This document shows positions 55,023-63,900 of a stretch of DNA of 64,000 nucleotides, in pieces. The notes under the pieces were generated by a model. It saw only the letters and a list, made by a program, of their open reading frames with translations. It was not told the origin of the DNA and searched no databases. The position numbers and the translations under genes were made by a program. The stretch's first letter is position 1. Each line of letters starts with the position of its first letter. The stretch is from a virus (Duplodnaviria > Heunggongvirae > Uroviricota > Caudoviricetes), in the IMG/VR virus record IMGVR_UViG_3300021431_003088. One strand, given 5' to 3'.

Positions 55023-55046
55023 CATATTTATATAAGTTGAAAAAAA
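55023..55046 (-). promoter_or_regulatory. conserved phage promoter motif copy
   Basis: catatttatataagttgaaaaaaatt. Confidence 0.45.
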
Positions 55047-55049
55047 TTA

Positions 55050-55090
55050 ATTTTTGTATGTATTTTTTTTAAAATAGACTATAATATATA
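55050..55090 (+). promoter_or_regulatory. sigma70-like promoter (-10 TATAAT 55080-55085; class CTATAATATATAT) of plus-strand island gene
   Basis: seen in sequence. Confidence 0.4.
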
Positions 55091-55231
55091 TGTAAGGATA
55101 AATAATTGAAAAGTTTTGGTGTGGTCGTTCCTGCGGGGATACTGCACCTTTTTGTGTGCCTACATTGATAACTGAATATTGAGAACGGCTTACTGGTCGT
55201 TATAAAAAATATTTCACAGGAGGTAATTATT

Positions 55232-55705
55232 ATGAATAAGAATGAATGGAGCAGAGATTATTTTTATAAGAAAGGATTGATTAATAGAAAGGTTAATGAA
55301 AAAGGCGTTGAGGTAGACTATATACCTAATGTCGTTGAATTTCTTAAGATTTATTTAAAAGATGCTGTAAACTGTGCAGAGTCAGCTGATGGAAATGTGT
55401 TTGTAACTATACAGAGTGCAGATTCTAACGTGATACAAATATATGATAAACCATTATGCTTTTCTATTTCGTTAGAAGAACTAAGAAATTCAGATCGTAT
55501 AAACTGGGTTTCAGACGAAGAAGGGGGCTTCTTCGAATTTGACTTATACGATATGCTAGGTTATCACACAGCGTCACCACACTTATATCTTGTGTATCTT
55601 TTTACAAATAAGGAAGATGCATTAAAGAAAATAGATGCCGGTAAAGAGGCTGGCTATGCTCTCGATTGTCTGGATAATATGGAGTACATCCTTCCAAATT
55701 TGTAA
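55232..55705 (+). CDS. hypothetical protein (plus-strand island)
   Basis: ORF track; RBS AGGAGG before ATG. Confidence 0.5.
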   Translation: MNKNEWSRDYFYKKGLINRKVNEKGVEVDYIPNVVEFLKIYLKDAVNCAESADGNVFVTIQSADSNVIQIYDKPLCFSISLEELRNSDRINWVSDEEGGFFEFDLYDMLGYHTASPHLYLVYLFTNKEDALKKIDAGKEAGYALDCLDNMEYILPNL

Positions 55706-55746
55706 AGCAAAAGAGTCCAACGCAATATGCGAAGGACTCTTCTTTT

Positions 55747-56271
55747 TTATGCAGGGTAAATAGATTTTATAAACAGACATCTATCGTCAGATGCTGTTAT
55801 GTCTCTGCCAAAGACAAAGACAATCCTATCTACCCCTTCCTTACGGTATTTTACGCCGTAAGGATTATCTTCGGATGGTTTTACACCATCCTTTTTGCCC
55901 CTTCCTAAAAATTTAATTTTCTTGAAAGAGATGTCTGGAAGGGTTGGAATCAAGACATCATCTTCTAAATCAACCTCTACTACGAGGCTACTGTTCTTGC
56001 TGACAAGTTTTTCGATTAGCTCGTCAGCAAAGACTTCATTCCTCATTATATTGAGGAGGAACGATAATATTTCGTTCTCATCCCCGAGAAATGTTGAGGC
56101 ATATGTATGCCTCGTATAATCGGAATCTCTTCCGATTAACCTCAACACGAGATTTTCCTCGCTCATATTGAGGTGGTAATTGAGACAGTGATATGCCTCA
56201 GCTACCAAATTCTTATTCTCCAGCAGGTCTCTAACCCACTGGAAATTTTTATTCTTTTCTTCATTTGTCAT
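55747..56271 (-). CDS. hypothetical protein
   Basis: ORF track. Confidence 0.45.
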   Translation of the reverse strand: MTNEEKNKNFQWVRDLLENKNLVAEAYHCLNYHLNMSEENLVLRLIGRDSDYTRHTYASTFLGDENEILSFLLNIMRNEVFADELIEKLVSKNSSLVVEVDLEDDVLIPTLPDISFKKIKFLGRGKKDGVKPSEDNPYGVKYRKEGVDRIVFVFGRDITASDDRCLFIKSIYPA

Positions 56272-56336
56272 ATTACCACCTCCTTAGTGTATGACAAAAC
56301 TTCTCGGACGCATTTCCGAGAAGTAAATCTTCAACG

Positions 56337-56390
56337 TCTTATTTATATAAGTTGAAAATAAAAAAAAAGAGAGTCTTTCGACTCTCCATT
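56337..56390 (-). repeat. promoter motif + terminator hairpin gagagtctttcgactctc cassette, copy 1 (copy 2 at 59196..59243)
   Basis: about 45 bp near-identical. Confidence 0.5.
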
Positions 56391-56399
56391 TTGCTGTTA

Positions 56400-56747
56400 C
56401 TAGCATATTCGCTTGGCGTCCTCGAAGTCGCTGACGTCGATTACGAGGTATGGTGAATATTCGAAATTATTCCATTTTTCCTCGATATCCTCGTTATCTT
56501 CGCCCTTTCGAAGAAAGCCGAAGAACTCCTCTTTTTCCTCGTCAAGCGCTTCTAGAGTATCTTCGATATTCTTACAATACTCAAGCTCTGGGGAATACCA
56601 CTTTACCCAATCATAGATAATGCAGTAATCTCCATTGTTTTTGCGCTTAATCTCGTCAGGCGTACAGTCATTAGAAAGGATTACCTTTTCTAACTTTTGG
56701 TATGCCTTTTCGTTGCATTTGATACATACATCGCTTCTGTAACCCAT
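56400..56747 (-). CDS. hypothetical acidic protein
   Basis: ORF track. Confidence 0.45.
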   Translation of the reverse strand: MGYRSDVCIKCNEKAYQKLEKVILSNDCTPDEIKRKNNGDYCIIYDWVKWYSPELEYCKNIEDTLEALDEEKEEFFGFLRKGEDNEDIEEKWNNFEYSPYLVIDVSDFEDAKRIC

Positions 56748-56823
56748 ACTTTTTCCTCCTTTGAAAATATAGTTTCTTAGCTACGAGATAAAAGGGGAAG
56801 GTAAAAACCTCCCCTTTTGTTAT

Positions 56824-57894
56824 CTATTTCTGTTTCTTTGCCTTTTTTACTTCAATCGAAGTGCTTGTAGAAACCTTCAAATATTCTTCAATATCTGGAT
56901 GGGTTTCTAGAAGTGCGCTTATACTAGAAGTTGGAATATTTCTTCTTATCGAGGTTTTCCACTTTAAGTTATAAGTATCTTCGCCTAATTCCACAAAGCC
57001 ATTGTCCTCTTCTAAGACTTCTATCATCTTTGCCTGTAGCAAGGATTCTGTCTTTTTTAATTCTCTGGCTTGTTTCTCAAGACTAGCCCTTTCTTCCTTG
57101 ATTTCTAAGTAGTTAGAAACCACATCGCCAAGCTCGTCCGTGACATCACTTGTTTCCTTTTCAGATGCATTGTTTCCGTACTTCTCAATCAAAGCCTTAA
57201 GGACTTTTTCGCCGTCTTCACCGTCATGGTTTGGGTATTCATCTGACTGAACTAGTTCCCAGAACTTTAAGCCCTCGTCAATTAGGATTTTTTCCTTTTC
57301 TAAATCCCTCTTTACGAATCTTTGACGATATCCATTGGCGTTGTTACCTGCTAGGCAGACAATAATTGCTCCTACAGCACCCGTTACTGCCATGTAGTGA
57401 CGAACCTGCCACTCATATGCTTCAGGTACTTTATCATCATCAGGAGCGCCCCACTGCTCCCACAAGACATTCTCTGAACAGGTCTTTGCTTCTAGAATAT
57501 AAAGTTCACCTGTTACTGGATGTCTTACTAATCCGTCAAGATTAGCTGAGAATGGGTAGACTGGGTGCTTATACATATGCCTATCAAAAATAGGCTCCCA
57601 GCCGGGATTCTTCTCCGCAAACAGAGAGATTACTAAATTTTCTAGTAAGTGTCCCACTTCTAATGGAATACTTTCCTCTAGTGTTCTCTCTTCTTGTGGT
57701 AGTCCTCTTTTGTTTAGGACGGCCTGCGTGTAGGTTATAAATCCACAATGGTGTATAGCACCTTCGTCAGACCCCCCGATATTTTTGTTTCGGGCTACTT
57801 CCCATTCTTTCTTTGACATCTTCGTGATATCCTCGTGAAGAATAATCGCTTCAGAAATATCCTTCACATGAACGTACTTTTTTGTCTTTGCCAT
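56824..57894 (-). CDS. YqaJ-like viral recombinase-domain exonuclease (lambda Exo/RecE family, PD-(D/E)xK)
   Basis: NIGGSDEGAI, DGLV, LEAKT motifs. Confidence 0.65.
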   Translation of the reverse strand: MAKTKKYVHVKDISEAIILHEDITKMSKKEWEVARNKNIGGSDEGAIHHCGFITYTQAVLNKRGLPQEERTLEESIPLEVGHLLENLVISLFAEKNPGWEPIFDRHMYKHPVYPFSANLDGLVRHPVTGELYILEAKTCSENVLWEQWGAPDDDKVPEAYEWQVRHYMAVTGAVGAIIVCLAGNNANGYRQRFVKRDLEKEKILIDEGLKFWELVQSDEYPNHDGEDGEKVLKALIEKYGNNASEKETSDVTDELGDVVSNYLEIKEERASLEKQARELKKTESLLQAKMIEVLEEDNGFVELGEDTYNLKWKTSIRRNIPTSSISALLETHPDIEEYLKVSTSTSIEVKKAKKQK

Positions 57895-57908
57895 AATAAT
57901 CTCCTTTC

Positions 57909-58442
57909 TTATGCAGCATCTGACATTAGTAAATATCTTTGATACTCCCTCTCGGCTTTATAAAAGATATTTACGAACTTCCTAATTAAATCAGCAAAGT
58001 TTTTGTCATCTTCTTGGTATTCTTCTGATACTTTCTTGACAAAATTCTTTGCTTCCACTCGGAAGTTTATAAACGCAGGTATTCCCTGCTCGAATAGTGC
58101 TTGGTTATTTCTCAAAAAGAAGAACAGTTCAGTGAATGTCTCCTTATATTGAGTGTATTCCAGCACTTTTGCATCTTTTTGTGCGTCTATGTATCGCATT
58201 ACATAAAAACAACAGCACTCACAGATGTTTGAAAAGAACATCGAATTGTCATTTAGTGATTTATCAATGTCCTTTGCGGTTTTTGTGGCAACATTTACTG
58301 AATCGCTTGCTTTTTTTGCAAGCTCTTCCCAGTTTTTTTGGTTTGTCTTTTCATCACCTTCTCTAATTGAGTAGTTTTCTGAAAAGAGTTTTACCACGAA
58401 GCCGAAGATATTGAATCCGTAGTTTCCTTTGTCAAGAAACAT
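57909..58442 (-). CDS. hypothetical protein (position suggests possible recombination partner; no recognisable SSAP motifs)
   Basis: ORF track. Confidence 0.4.
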   Translation of the reverse strand: MFLDKGNYGFNIFGFVVKLFSENYSIREGDEKTNQKNWEELAKKASDSVNVATKTAKDIDKSLNDNSMFFSNICECCCFYVMRYIDAQKDAKVLEYTQYKETFTELFFFLRNNQALFEQGIPAFINFRVEAKNFVKKVSEEYQEDDKNFADLIRKFVNIFYKAEREYQRYLLMSDAA

Positions 58443-58692
58443 CTACCATCGCCTCCTTTTCCAGATAGAACATATACCCATTTTCTGTCTCTAACCTAAG
58501 AACCTTTGCTCTTTGGTTCTGAATTTTTTTTACAGACTTAATAGGGCTTGTTCTTAACACGCCTCCTACTGTTTCAATTCGTAGTGTTCTTCCTCTACAA
58601 ATCGAATCAAAAATAAGGCAATCTGTGGATATTAACCCACAAAAATCTTTCCTTTCGCCATTAAGACGAATATCTCTGATTTGATATTGCAC
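58432..58692 (-). CDS. hypothetical small protein
   Basis: ORF track; overlaps both neighbours. Confidence 0.35.
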   Translation of the reverse strand: MQYQIRDIRLNGERKDFCGLISTDCLIFDSICRGRTLRIETVGGVLRTSPIKSVKKIQNQRAKVLRLETENGYMFYLEKEAMVDVS

Positions 58693-59161
58693 TCTCTATC
58701 ACCTCCTTAATCTGTTTTGCAATATCTTCGCTACAAAGTTCATGGCTTACACTTCTACCCTGCCATGTTCCCTTAGTTCCGTTTACTTCGTTTCTAAACT
58801 TAATAGAATAGAAATTCTTATCCTCCCACTCAAAAAGGTTCTTTGAGTAGTCATCTAACAAAAAGTTAATTCCGTTAGACTCTACATAGTCCTTTTTGCA
58901 CTCTCCGTATGGTACGAAGATTGCGGGAAATGGAACTTTTTTCTCTTTTAACCAAGTTCTTTTATCCCTTTCGCTATGTCCGTCTTGGTACACAGCCGAT
59001 AAGATATATACTTGGTACAAGTCCTTTATTTCACAAAGGGCTTCTAGTAAGTTACTCTGCAATTCTCTTTTCGCAAAGTAACCTTCCTTTTTCACTTCTT
59101 CCAGAGAAGTTTCGTTCCATTTTGCAAGAACTCCATCCATGTCAATATATAGATTGACCAT
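58661..59161 (-). CDS. HAD-superfamily 5'(3')-deoxyribonucleotidase (NT5C-like)
   Basis: N-terminal YIDMDGVLA (DxDxV motif I). Confidence 0.65.
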   Translation of the reverse strand: MVNLYIDMDGVLAKWNETSLEEVKKEGYFAKRELQSNLLEALCEIKDLYQVYILSAVYQDGHSERDKRTWLKEKKVPFPAIFVPYGECKKDYVESNGINFLLDDYSKNLFEWEDKNFYSIKFRNEVNGTKGTWQGRSVSHELCSEDIAKQIKEVIESAISNQRYSS

Positions 59162-59195
59162 TAATTCCTCCTTTCTTTAATCCTTTAATAATTAC

Positions 59196-59243
59196 CTTTT
59201 TATATAAGTTGAAAATAAAAAAAGAGAGTCTTTCGACTCTCCT
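59196..59243 (-). repeat. promoter motif + terminator cassette copy 2
   Basis: see 56337..56390. Confidence 0.5.
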
Positions 59244-59251
59244 TTTTCTGC

Positions 59252-60100
59252 TTAGGCGCAAACCACCTCGCCTTCTTCTCTCTTATATACGTAAGGATGA
59301 GAAGAGAGGACTTCCTGATCGTCCACCTCGGTTTCATTAACCTCACCAATAAGGTTAGTTAATGTATTGTTCTCAATGCTTTTTGATGGCATTAAGAGAA
59401 CTTCATGAACGCTACTTGGAATAATCGTTACATCATCATCCCAAGTATTAGCAATGTCCTCCAAAAGACTGTCTTGGTACATTGCACATGCACCGTAAAG
59501 TTTCTTTTGGTTTGTGGCGATTTGGAAAGGCTCCTCACCGAAAGGAGGAAAACCTAGCATCTCTGCTAAACTCATTGTTTGAATAGGCATGAGTTTGGCA
59601 GTGTTCTCCTTTGCAACATCTAATAGTTGCTCAGGTGTTACGCCCCAACGAGCAATATGCTCGTTCCTCACAAGGATTGTGGCACACTCTTCTGCTTCTA
59701 TTAGATAATAGAAACAAATAGCTAAGTCTAGCCACTTAATGTGAGGGATTTGGCCCAATAGAGCCTCATTTTGCTCGAAGTTTATTAGCTTCAAGCAAAT
59801 TCTACTCTTCGCCCTCTCGTAGTTAGCAAAGCTATCTACATCGAACGAGGTGCTTGGTTTTGCATCCTCGTAGACTTTGCAGATGCGTTCTACAACATCT
59901 GCCATATCCATCTCGCCCTCACTATAATTTTCATAATATGGATCGAGATAGATTGTAGGACTCATGTTTGTATCATCAGTTCTGATGATGAGTCCTGTGA
60001 GGCTAATACCATTATTCTTATTAACCTCCTTAACTTCTAACTTTGCATCAGGATATACCTTCTGCATTTCTTCTACAACTTTTTCGATAAATTTTTCCAT
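59252..60100 (-). CDS. hypothetical protein (resembles a family common on Firmicutes mobile elements)
   Basis: ORF track. Confidence 0.5.
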   Translation of the reverse strand: MEKFIEKVVEEMQKVYPDAKLEVKEVNKNNGISLTGLIIRTDDTNMSPTIYLDPYYENYSEGEMDMADVVERICKVYEDAKPSTSFDVDSFANYERAKSRICLKLINFEQNEALLGQIPHIKWLDLAICFYYLIEAEECATILVRNEHIARWGVTPEQLLDVAKENTAKLMPIQTMSLAEMLGFPPFGEEPFQIATNQKKLYGACAMYQDSLLEDIANTWDDDVTIIPSSVHEVLLMPSKSIENNTLTNLIGEVNETEVDDQEVLSSHPYVYKREEGEVVCA

Positions 60101-60156
60101 ATTTCATTCCTCCTTAGAATAAAATAAGACACCAAATTAGTGTCTAGCCATCAATA

Positions 60157-60180
60157 CATTTATATATAAGTGGATTATTT
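60157..60180 (-). promoter_or_regulatory. conserved phage promoter motif copy (preceded by terminator hairpin agacaccaaattagtgtct)
   Basis: seen in sequence. Confidence 0.4.
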
Positions 60181-60189
60181 TTAAATGTA

Positions 60190-60236
60190 TGCTTCCAATA
60201 AAAAAAGAAAGAGGTAATTTCTACCTCTTTCTTTAG
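60190..60236. terminator. bidirectional terminator hairpin agaggtaatttctacctct immediately 3' of tmRNA
   Basis: seen in sequence. Confidence 0.5.
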
Positions 60237-60578
60237 TGGACTAGAGGGGAGTCGAACCCCTGTCCAAAAACCAATCCCCGACTCTTCTACGAGCGTAGTT
60301 TGTTATTTAGATTTCCCTCAACAACCCGAGAACAAACACCCTGATTATCTCAGTAGCTTCATGATACGTACATATATGCAAAGCTTAGTATATGCCGTTT
60401 CCTACATAGTTTGAAGCCTTAATCCTAAAGTGTAGGTGCGATAGGTAAGACTAGCTGCAACTAGGCAACTAATGCTAATTTCTCGTCGTTAGCAATTAAA
60501 TTTAATTTTGCCACTTTACGTATGACGCACGGCTCGCTTCTTTCGCTTCATGCTCCCTGTCGAAACCATTACTAGCCC
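60237..60578 (-). ncRNA. ssrA: tmRNA (SsrA); proposed tag ...ANDEKLALVA, possibly AKLNLIANDEKLALVA
   Basis: 5' GGGCTAG..ATGGTTTCGACAGGG pairs with 3' T-arm GGGGTTCGACTCCCC-TCTAGTCCA(CCA encoded); in-frame GCA AAA ...GCT AAC GAC GAG AAA TTA GCA TTA GTT GCC TAG resembling E. coli ANDENYALAA and B. subtilis layout. Confidence 0.7.
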
Positions 60579-60892
60579 ATAAAAATTTCCTTCCCATAAA
60601 GAGAAGGAAATTATTTTTTTTAAAATCTATTATCCAATCTTCACCAACAAAGCGACCAGCCTCATTTCTAGCCTCCCTGCCGTACATCGTTTGGAAATAG
60701 CCTTCTCTCACTAACACTCCTTATGTAATATAGGAGCTTTGAATATCACCTAGCCTTTAGGTGCCGCAGGGTTTTGTTTTCCCTGCGGAGTGAGCGAACT
60801 TTATTTTTACTATGTGTGCTTTCCACATAGAGTGCTTTTCTGTTGCCAAATAACACTACATTCCGACTCTTAGTCAGATGTTAACCTCACGG

Positions 60893-61060
60893 CTAGGCTA
60901 CTCTTACGAGTGTGCCGTTTTGGTTAACTAGAGCAGTCTCCCACTCATCCTCATCAGAATCATAAACTCTGATTAAGTCGTCTTGCGACAACTCATCGAA
61001 TCTATGATCTGATAAAGAATTGAGTAGAGAATCGAGCTCTCTCAGTTCTTTTTCAGACAT
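60893..61060 (-). CDS. small acidic protein (55 aa, MSEKELRELDSLL...)
   Basis: hand translation; strong RBS AGGAGGAAG before ATG at 61060; below ORF cutoff. Confidence 0.35.
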   Translation of the reverse strand: MSEKELRELDSLLNSLSDHRFDELSQDDLIRVYDSDEDEWETALVNQNGTLVRVA

Positions 61061-61135
61061 TTCTTCCTCCTTTCTGAAAAAGCCAAATCACAAAGTGATT
61101 GGTTTTCTAATAACTTCATTTCTATATAAGTGGAA

Positions 61136-61160
61136 ATATCTAGAACGACAAAAAAAGAGT
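61136..61160 (-). promoter_or_regulatory. conserved phage promoter motif copy (after terminator hairpin ccaatcacaaagtgattgg)
   Basis: seen in sequence. Confidence 0.4.
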
Positions 61161-61307
61161 CAACTTTGTTAGACTGTATTTTCCTAGAACCGAACTATTA
61201 TATTTTGAATAAAAAAAGCCACCTAAAAAGGTGGCTCAGTCGGCTACTATTCTTCGCCTTGGTGGGTTAAGTTTCCCACACTTCCGATTTAACGGCCATA
61301 ACTAAGC

Positions 61308-61520
61308 TTAAAGCCAAAGCCCAGTTATGATACGATACCATAACCTCATCAAGGTTGGTCCCATGAATAAGGACATCACTATGGTACGGATTACGATATC
61401 CACAACTATGTCCTTTTTTGTCTCGTCCGTATAAAAAGGTATAATAGCAGGACGCAAACAAACTAGAACATACAACAGTGTTAACAACACTGTTGAAATC
61501 AATACTGCCATATTTTTCAC
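61308..61520 (-). CDS. small membrane protein
   Basis: RBS AAAGGAGGG before ATG at 61520; preferred over overlapping frame 61267..61461. Confidence 0.4.
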   Translation of the reverse strand: MKNMAVLISTVLLTLLYVLVCLRPAIIPFYTDETKKDIVVDIVIRTIVMSLFMGPTLMRLWYRIITGLWL

Positions 61521-61568
61521 CCTCCTTTAGCGAAAAAAAATAAGACTCTTTTGAGTCTGCCTACAATA

Positions 61569-61592
61569 CATATTTATATAAGATGAAAATTC
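61569..61592 (-). promoter_or_regulatory. conserved phage promoter motif copy
   Basis: catatttatataagatgaaaattc. Confidence 0.4.
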
Positions 61593-61716
61593 AACAACAA
61601 CAACAAAAAGAGCCACCGAAAGTGACTCTTTTATTTACCGGTATGATTAAGAAAGCACCGATAGGCTTCCACCCACTTAAGCTGTGGGCTGCTTACGCTC
61701 CAAGCGGAACTATAGG

Positions 61717-62052
61717 CTACACTCTACCGAGCGATTTACAACCTACAATTCTACCAGCCTCGTCACGTACTGCCTCGTTTGGGATAACAAGGTCATCACG
61801 GACGCCCTTTAGAGCGTTGGCCACTAGGGCTGACACGATAAAAATCGTGTTTTCCTGCTCATCAGGAAGGCCAGTAACTTCGCCATAAGCATTGGTTGTT
61901 AATGGGATACCATTAACGCTACCGATTACATCGGTAGTTGCCGCAACTCTGGCTAAGTCGCCTGAAGCTGGGATAGTAACCTCCACATCCCCTACAATGT
62001 TGACATCGTGAGGAGTAAGGTTAATAATCCTTACTTCTGCCATACAAAACAC
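61717..62052 (-). CDS. hypothetical protein
   Basis: RBS AAAGGAGGTG before ATG at 62052. Confidence 0.5.
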   Translation of the reverse strand: MFCMAEVRIINLTPHDVNIVGDVEVTIPASGDLARVAATTDVIGSVNGIPLTTNAYGEVTGLPDEQENTIFIVSALVANALKGVRDDLVIPNEAVRDEAGRIVGCKSLGRV

Positions 62053-62121
62053 CTCCTTTCTTTTTGTGTTTTGACAGAATACCCATAGCCATGTGTTGGC
62101 ACGGGTTCTCTATAACATAGT

Positions 62122-62148
62122 CTTGTTTATATAAGTTGATTTTTTTAT
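62122..62148 (-). promoter_or_regulatory. conserved phage promoter motif copy
   Basis: cttgtttatataagttgattttttt. Confidence 0.4.
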
Positions 62149-62164
62149 ATGGTAAAAAGCAATA

Positions 62165-62215
62165 AAACCTGCTAAGAAAAATCAAGAATTTCTTAGCAGG
62201 TTTTTCATTTTTTAT
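62165..62215. terminator. bidirectional terminator hairpin cctgctaagaaa..tttcttagcagg
   Basis: seen in sequence. Confidence 0.5.
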
Positions 62216-63900
62216 AATTTCTATATTTTTGTGTATAACAAAAAGGCTGTCTTGAGGCAGCCTGCTTAGTTATGTAATTACAATTCAGTATATTTATGAA
62301 TTGTTATAGATTTCTTTTACGCGAGCATAATAAATTCGTAAAAACTTATTTAATCCCGCTATCTTTGCTGATTTCTTTGCTTTTCCCTCAGCTTCTTTCT
62401 TTATTACATACTGATACACAGGATCATCTGGTCTAGGGCACGTTTTGATACATCGCATTGTCTCATAACCGACTTTTCTTAATGCCGCTGATCCACGCTT
62501 GGTAATTGTTCTATTACTACCTATAAATTGCCCCGACTCATAAGGTGGTGTATCTATTCCTGCATAAGCAATAAGTGCCTTGCCGCTATGGAATCTACGA
62601 ACATCACCTATCTCTGCTATTAATTTAGGTGCCAGTACATCACCAACCCCACCCATTTCTCTTACGACAGAATATTCAGGCAAGCTCTTTGCTAGTTCTT
62701 GCATTCGTGATAGTATTACTCCTAGAGTTGCATCAATTTCCTTGAGCACTCTAACAGCTTCAGTCACCAGCATTTTGACGGATGGGGTTTCTGAAGACAG
62801 TGTAGGAATACCTTCATGAGCTAGTTCATATATGGCCTTAGCCTTTGTCTGGCTCTGATGGTATTTCTTATCTTTTGCCCACGCAGCATAAGCGTCTATA
62901 AATTCGGACTCAGAATACTTTGTTATCTCGTCAAAGTGCCAAAACTGCTCGACAAAATCACTTAATTTATCTTTTCTATTTCCCTCGTTCCAGCTCGCTA
63001 ACATTGTTTTTATTCCAGGCATTGTATAATCCAGCAAATGTGTCAGTTCATGTAACGATGTAACATGCAATTTCATATAGTGTCGATATTGCTGACCAAG
63101 AAGCCTTAATTCTCCATATATATCTTCAGATACCTTGAATTCCTCCATAGTAAACCAATGTTCAATTCCATAGTTAGCGATTATTCTGGAATCTATTTTG
63201 TCAGTTTTAGCTTTTCTCAAACTTTCACTTCTATAAACCTTCATGAGGTATGGGTTAATAACAGTTACAAATATACCCTTTTCCTGCAAATACGTAAGAA
63301 CCGGAAGATGATAAATCCCTGTAGCCTCCATAACAACCTTTACTTCATCATCAAACTTAAGAATCATTGATGCTAATTCACTTAAATCTTTGTTCTGATG
63401 CTCAATGTCAAATGGCTTACACACAATTTCACCATATGGTTTTAAAATACACACAGTGCTTTTTCCTTTTGCCACATCAATTCCTACGCTAATCATAATT
63501 GACCTCCTTCAAACTGTAATAATCGCAATTGCTAATAACCACCCACACTTATTACAATCCAGTTTAGTTCGTTACACGAAAGCTCCATTAAGAAGTATCA
63601 ACCTGCCTAAGCGAATATACATAATAAGGGGTTGGTTGACGGTTTTATTGACGGATGTGATTAATCCAAAAAAGACCACGCCATACCAACTGCTTCCCCT
63701 ATTATATAAAAATAAGTGCAGATGCTAGAGTTAATTACTCTCTATCAACTACACTTTTATGGTAATCGAGTAGGAGGGATTTCTCATAAGTGAGAAATTC
63801 CGACCTCTCACACCACCGTGCGTACCGTTCGGTACACGGCGGTTCAATCAACTTAACAAGTAACACACCTTTTGGTGTAGTAATCTAACATTGAGACTAA
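62200..63900 (-). mobile_element. IS110-family insertion sequence (ends not determined)
   Basis: transposase ORF plus flanking hairpins (62240-62260; 63815-63850). Confidence 0.4.
62294..63496 (-). CDS. IS110-family transposase (DEDD-type)
   Basis: N-terminus MISVGIDVAKGKSTVCIL; 400 aa. Confidence 0.85.
   Translation of the reverse strand: MISVGIDVAKGKSTVCILKPYGEIVCKPFDIEHQNKDLSELASMILKFDDEVKVVMEATGIYHLPVLTYLQEKGIFVTVINPYLMKVYRSESLRKAKTDKIDSRIIANYGIEHWFTMEEFKVSEDIYGELRLLGQQYRHYMKLHVTSLHELTHLLDYTMPGIKTMLASWNEGNRKDKLSDFVEQFWHFDEITKYSESEFIDAYAAWAKDKKYHQSQTKAKAIYELAHEGIPTLSSETPSVKMLVTEAVRVLKEIDATLGVILSRMQELAKSLPEYSVVREMGGVGDVLAPKLIAEIGDVRRFHSGKALIAYAGIDTPPYESGQFIGSNRTITKRGSAALRKVGYETMRCIKTCPRPDDPVYQYVIKKEAEGKAKKSAKIAGLNKFLRIYYARVKEIYNNS

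Noticed and set aside
60237-60600. Interpretation of ssrA as a host gene marking a prophage attachment site
   Set aside because: The phage-type promoter motif and terminator units continue on both sides of the tmRNA. No duplicated 3' ssrA fragment is visible in the window, and the gene is flanked by its own terminator. The prophage-junction reading cannot be fully excluded without the complete genome
60502-60717. ORF 60502..60717 (71 aa)
   Set aside because: Overlaps the 5' half of the tmRNA gene, so it is most likely spurious
808-62148. CRISPR array explanation for the ~23 recurring 20-25-bp motifs
   Set aside because: Copies are separated by entire genes at irregular 0.3-10 kb spacing, always in promoter position. 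They are not a repeat-spacer array
63405-63728. Plus-strand ORF 63405..63728 near IS110 end
   Set aside because: It lies in the IS terminal non-coding region with no RBS. Other plus-strand ORFs inside the IS110 transposase gene (62580..62819, 63158..63370) were rejected likewise
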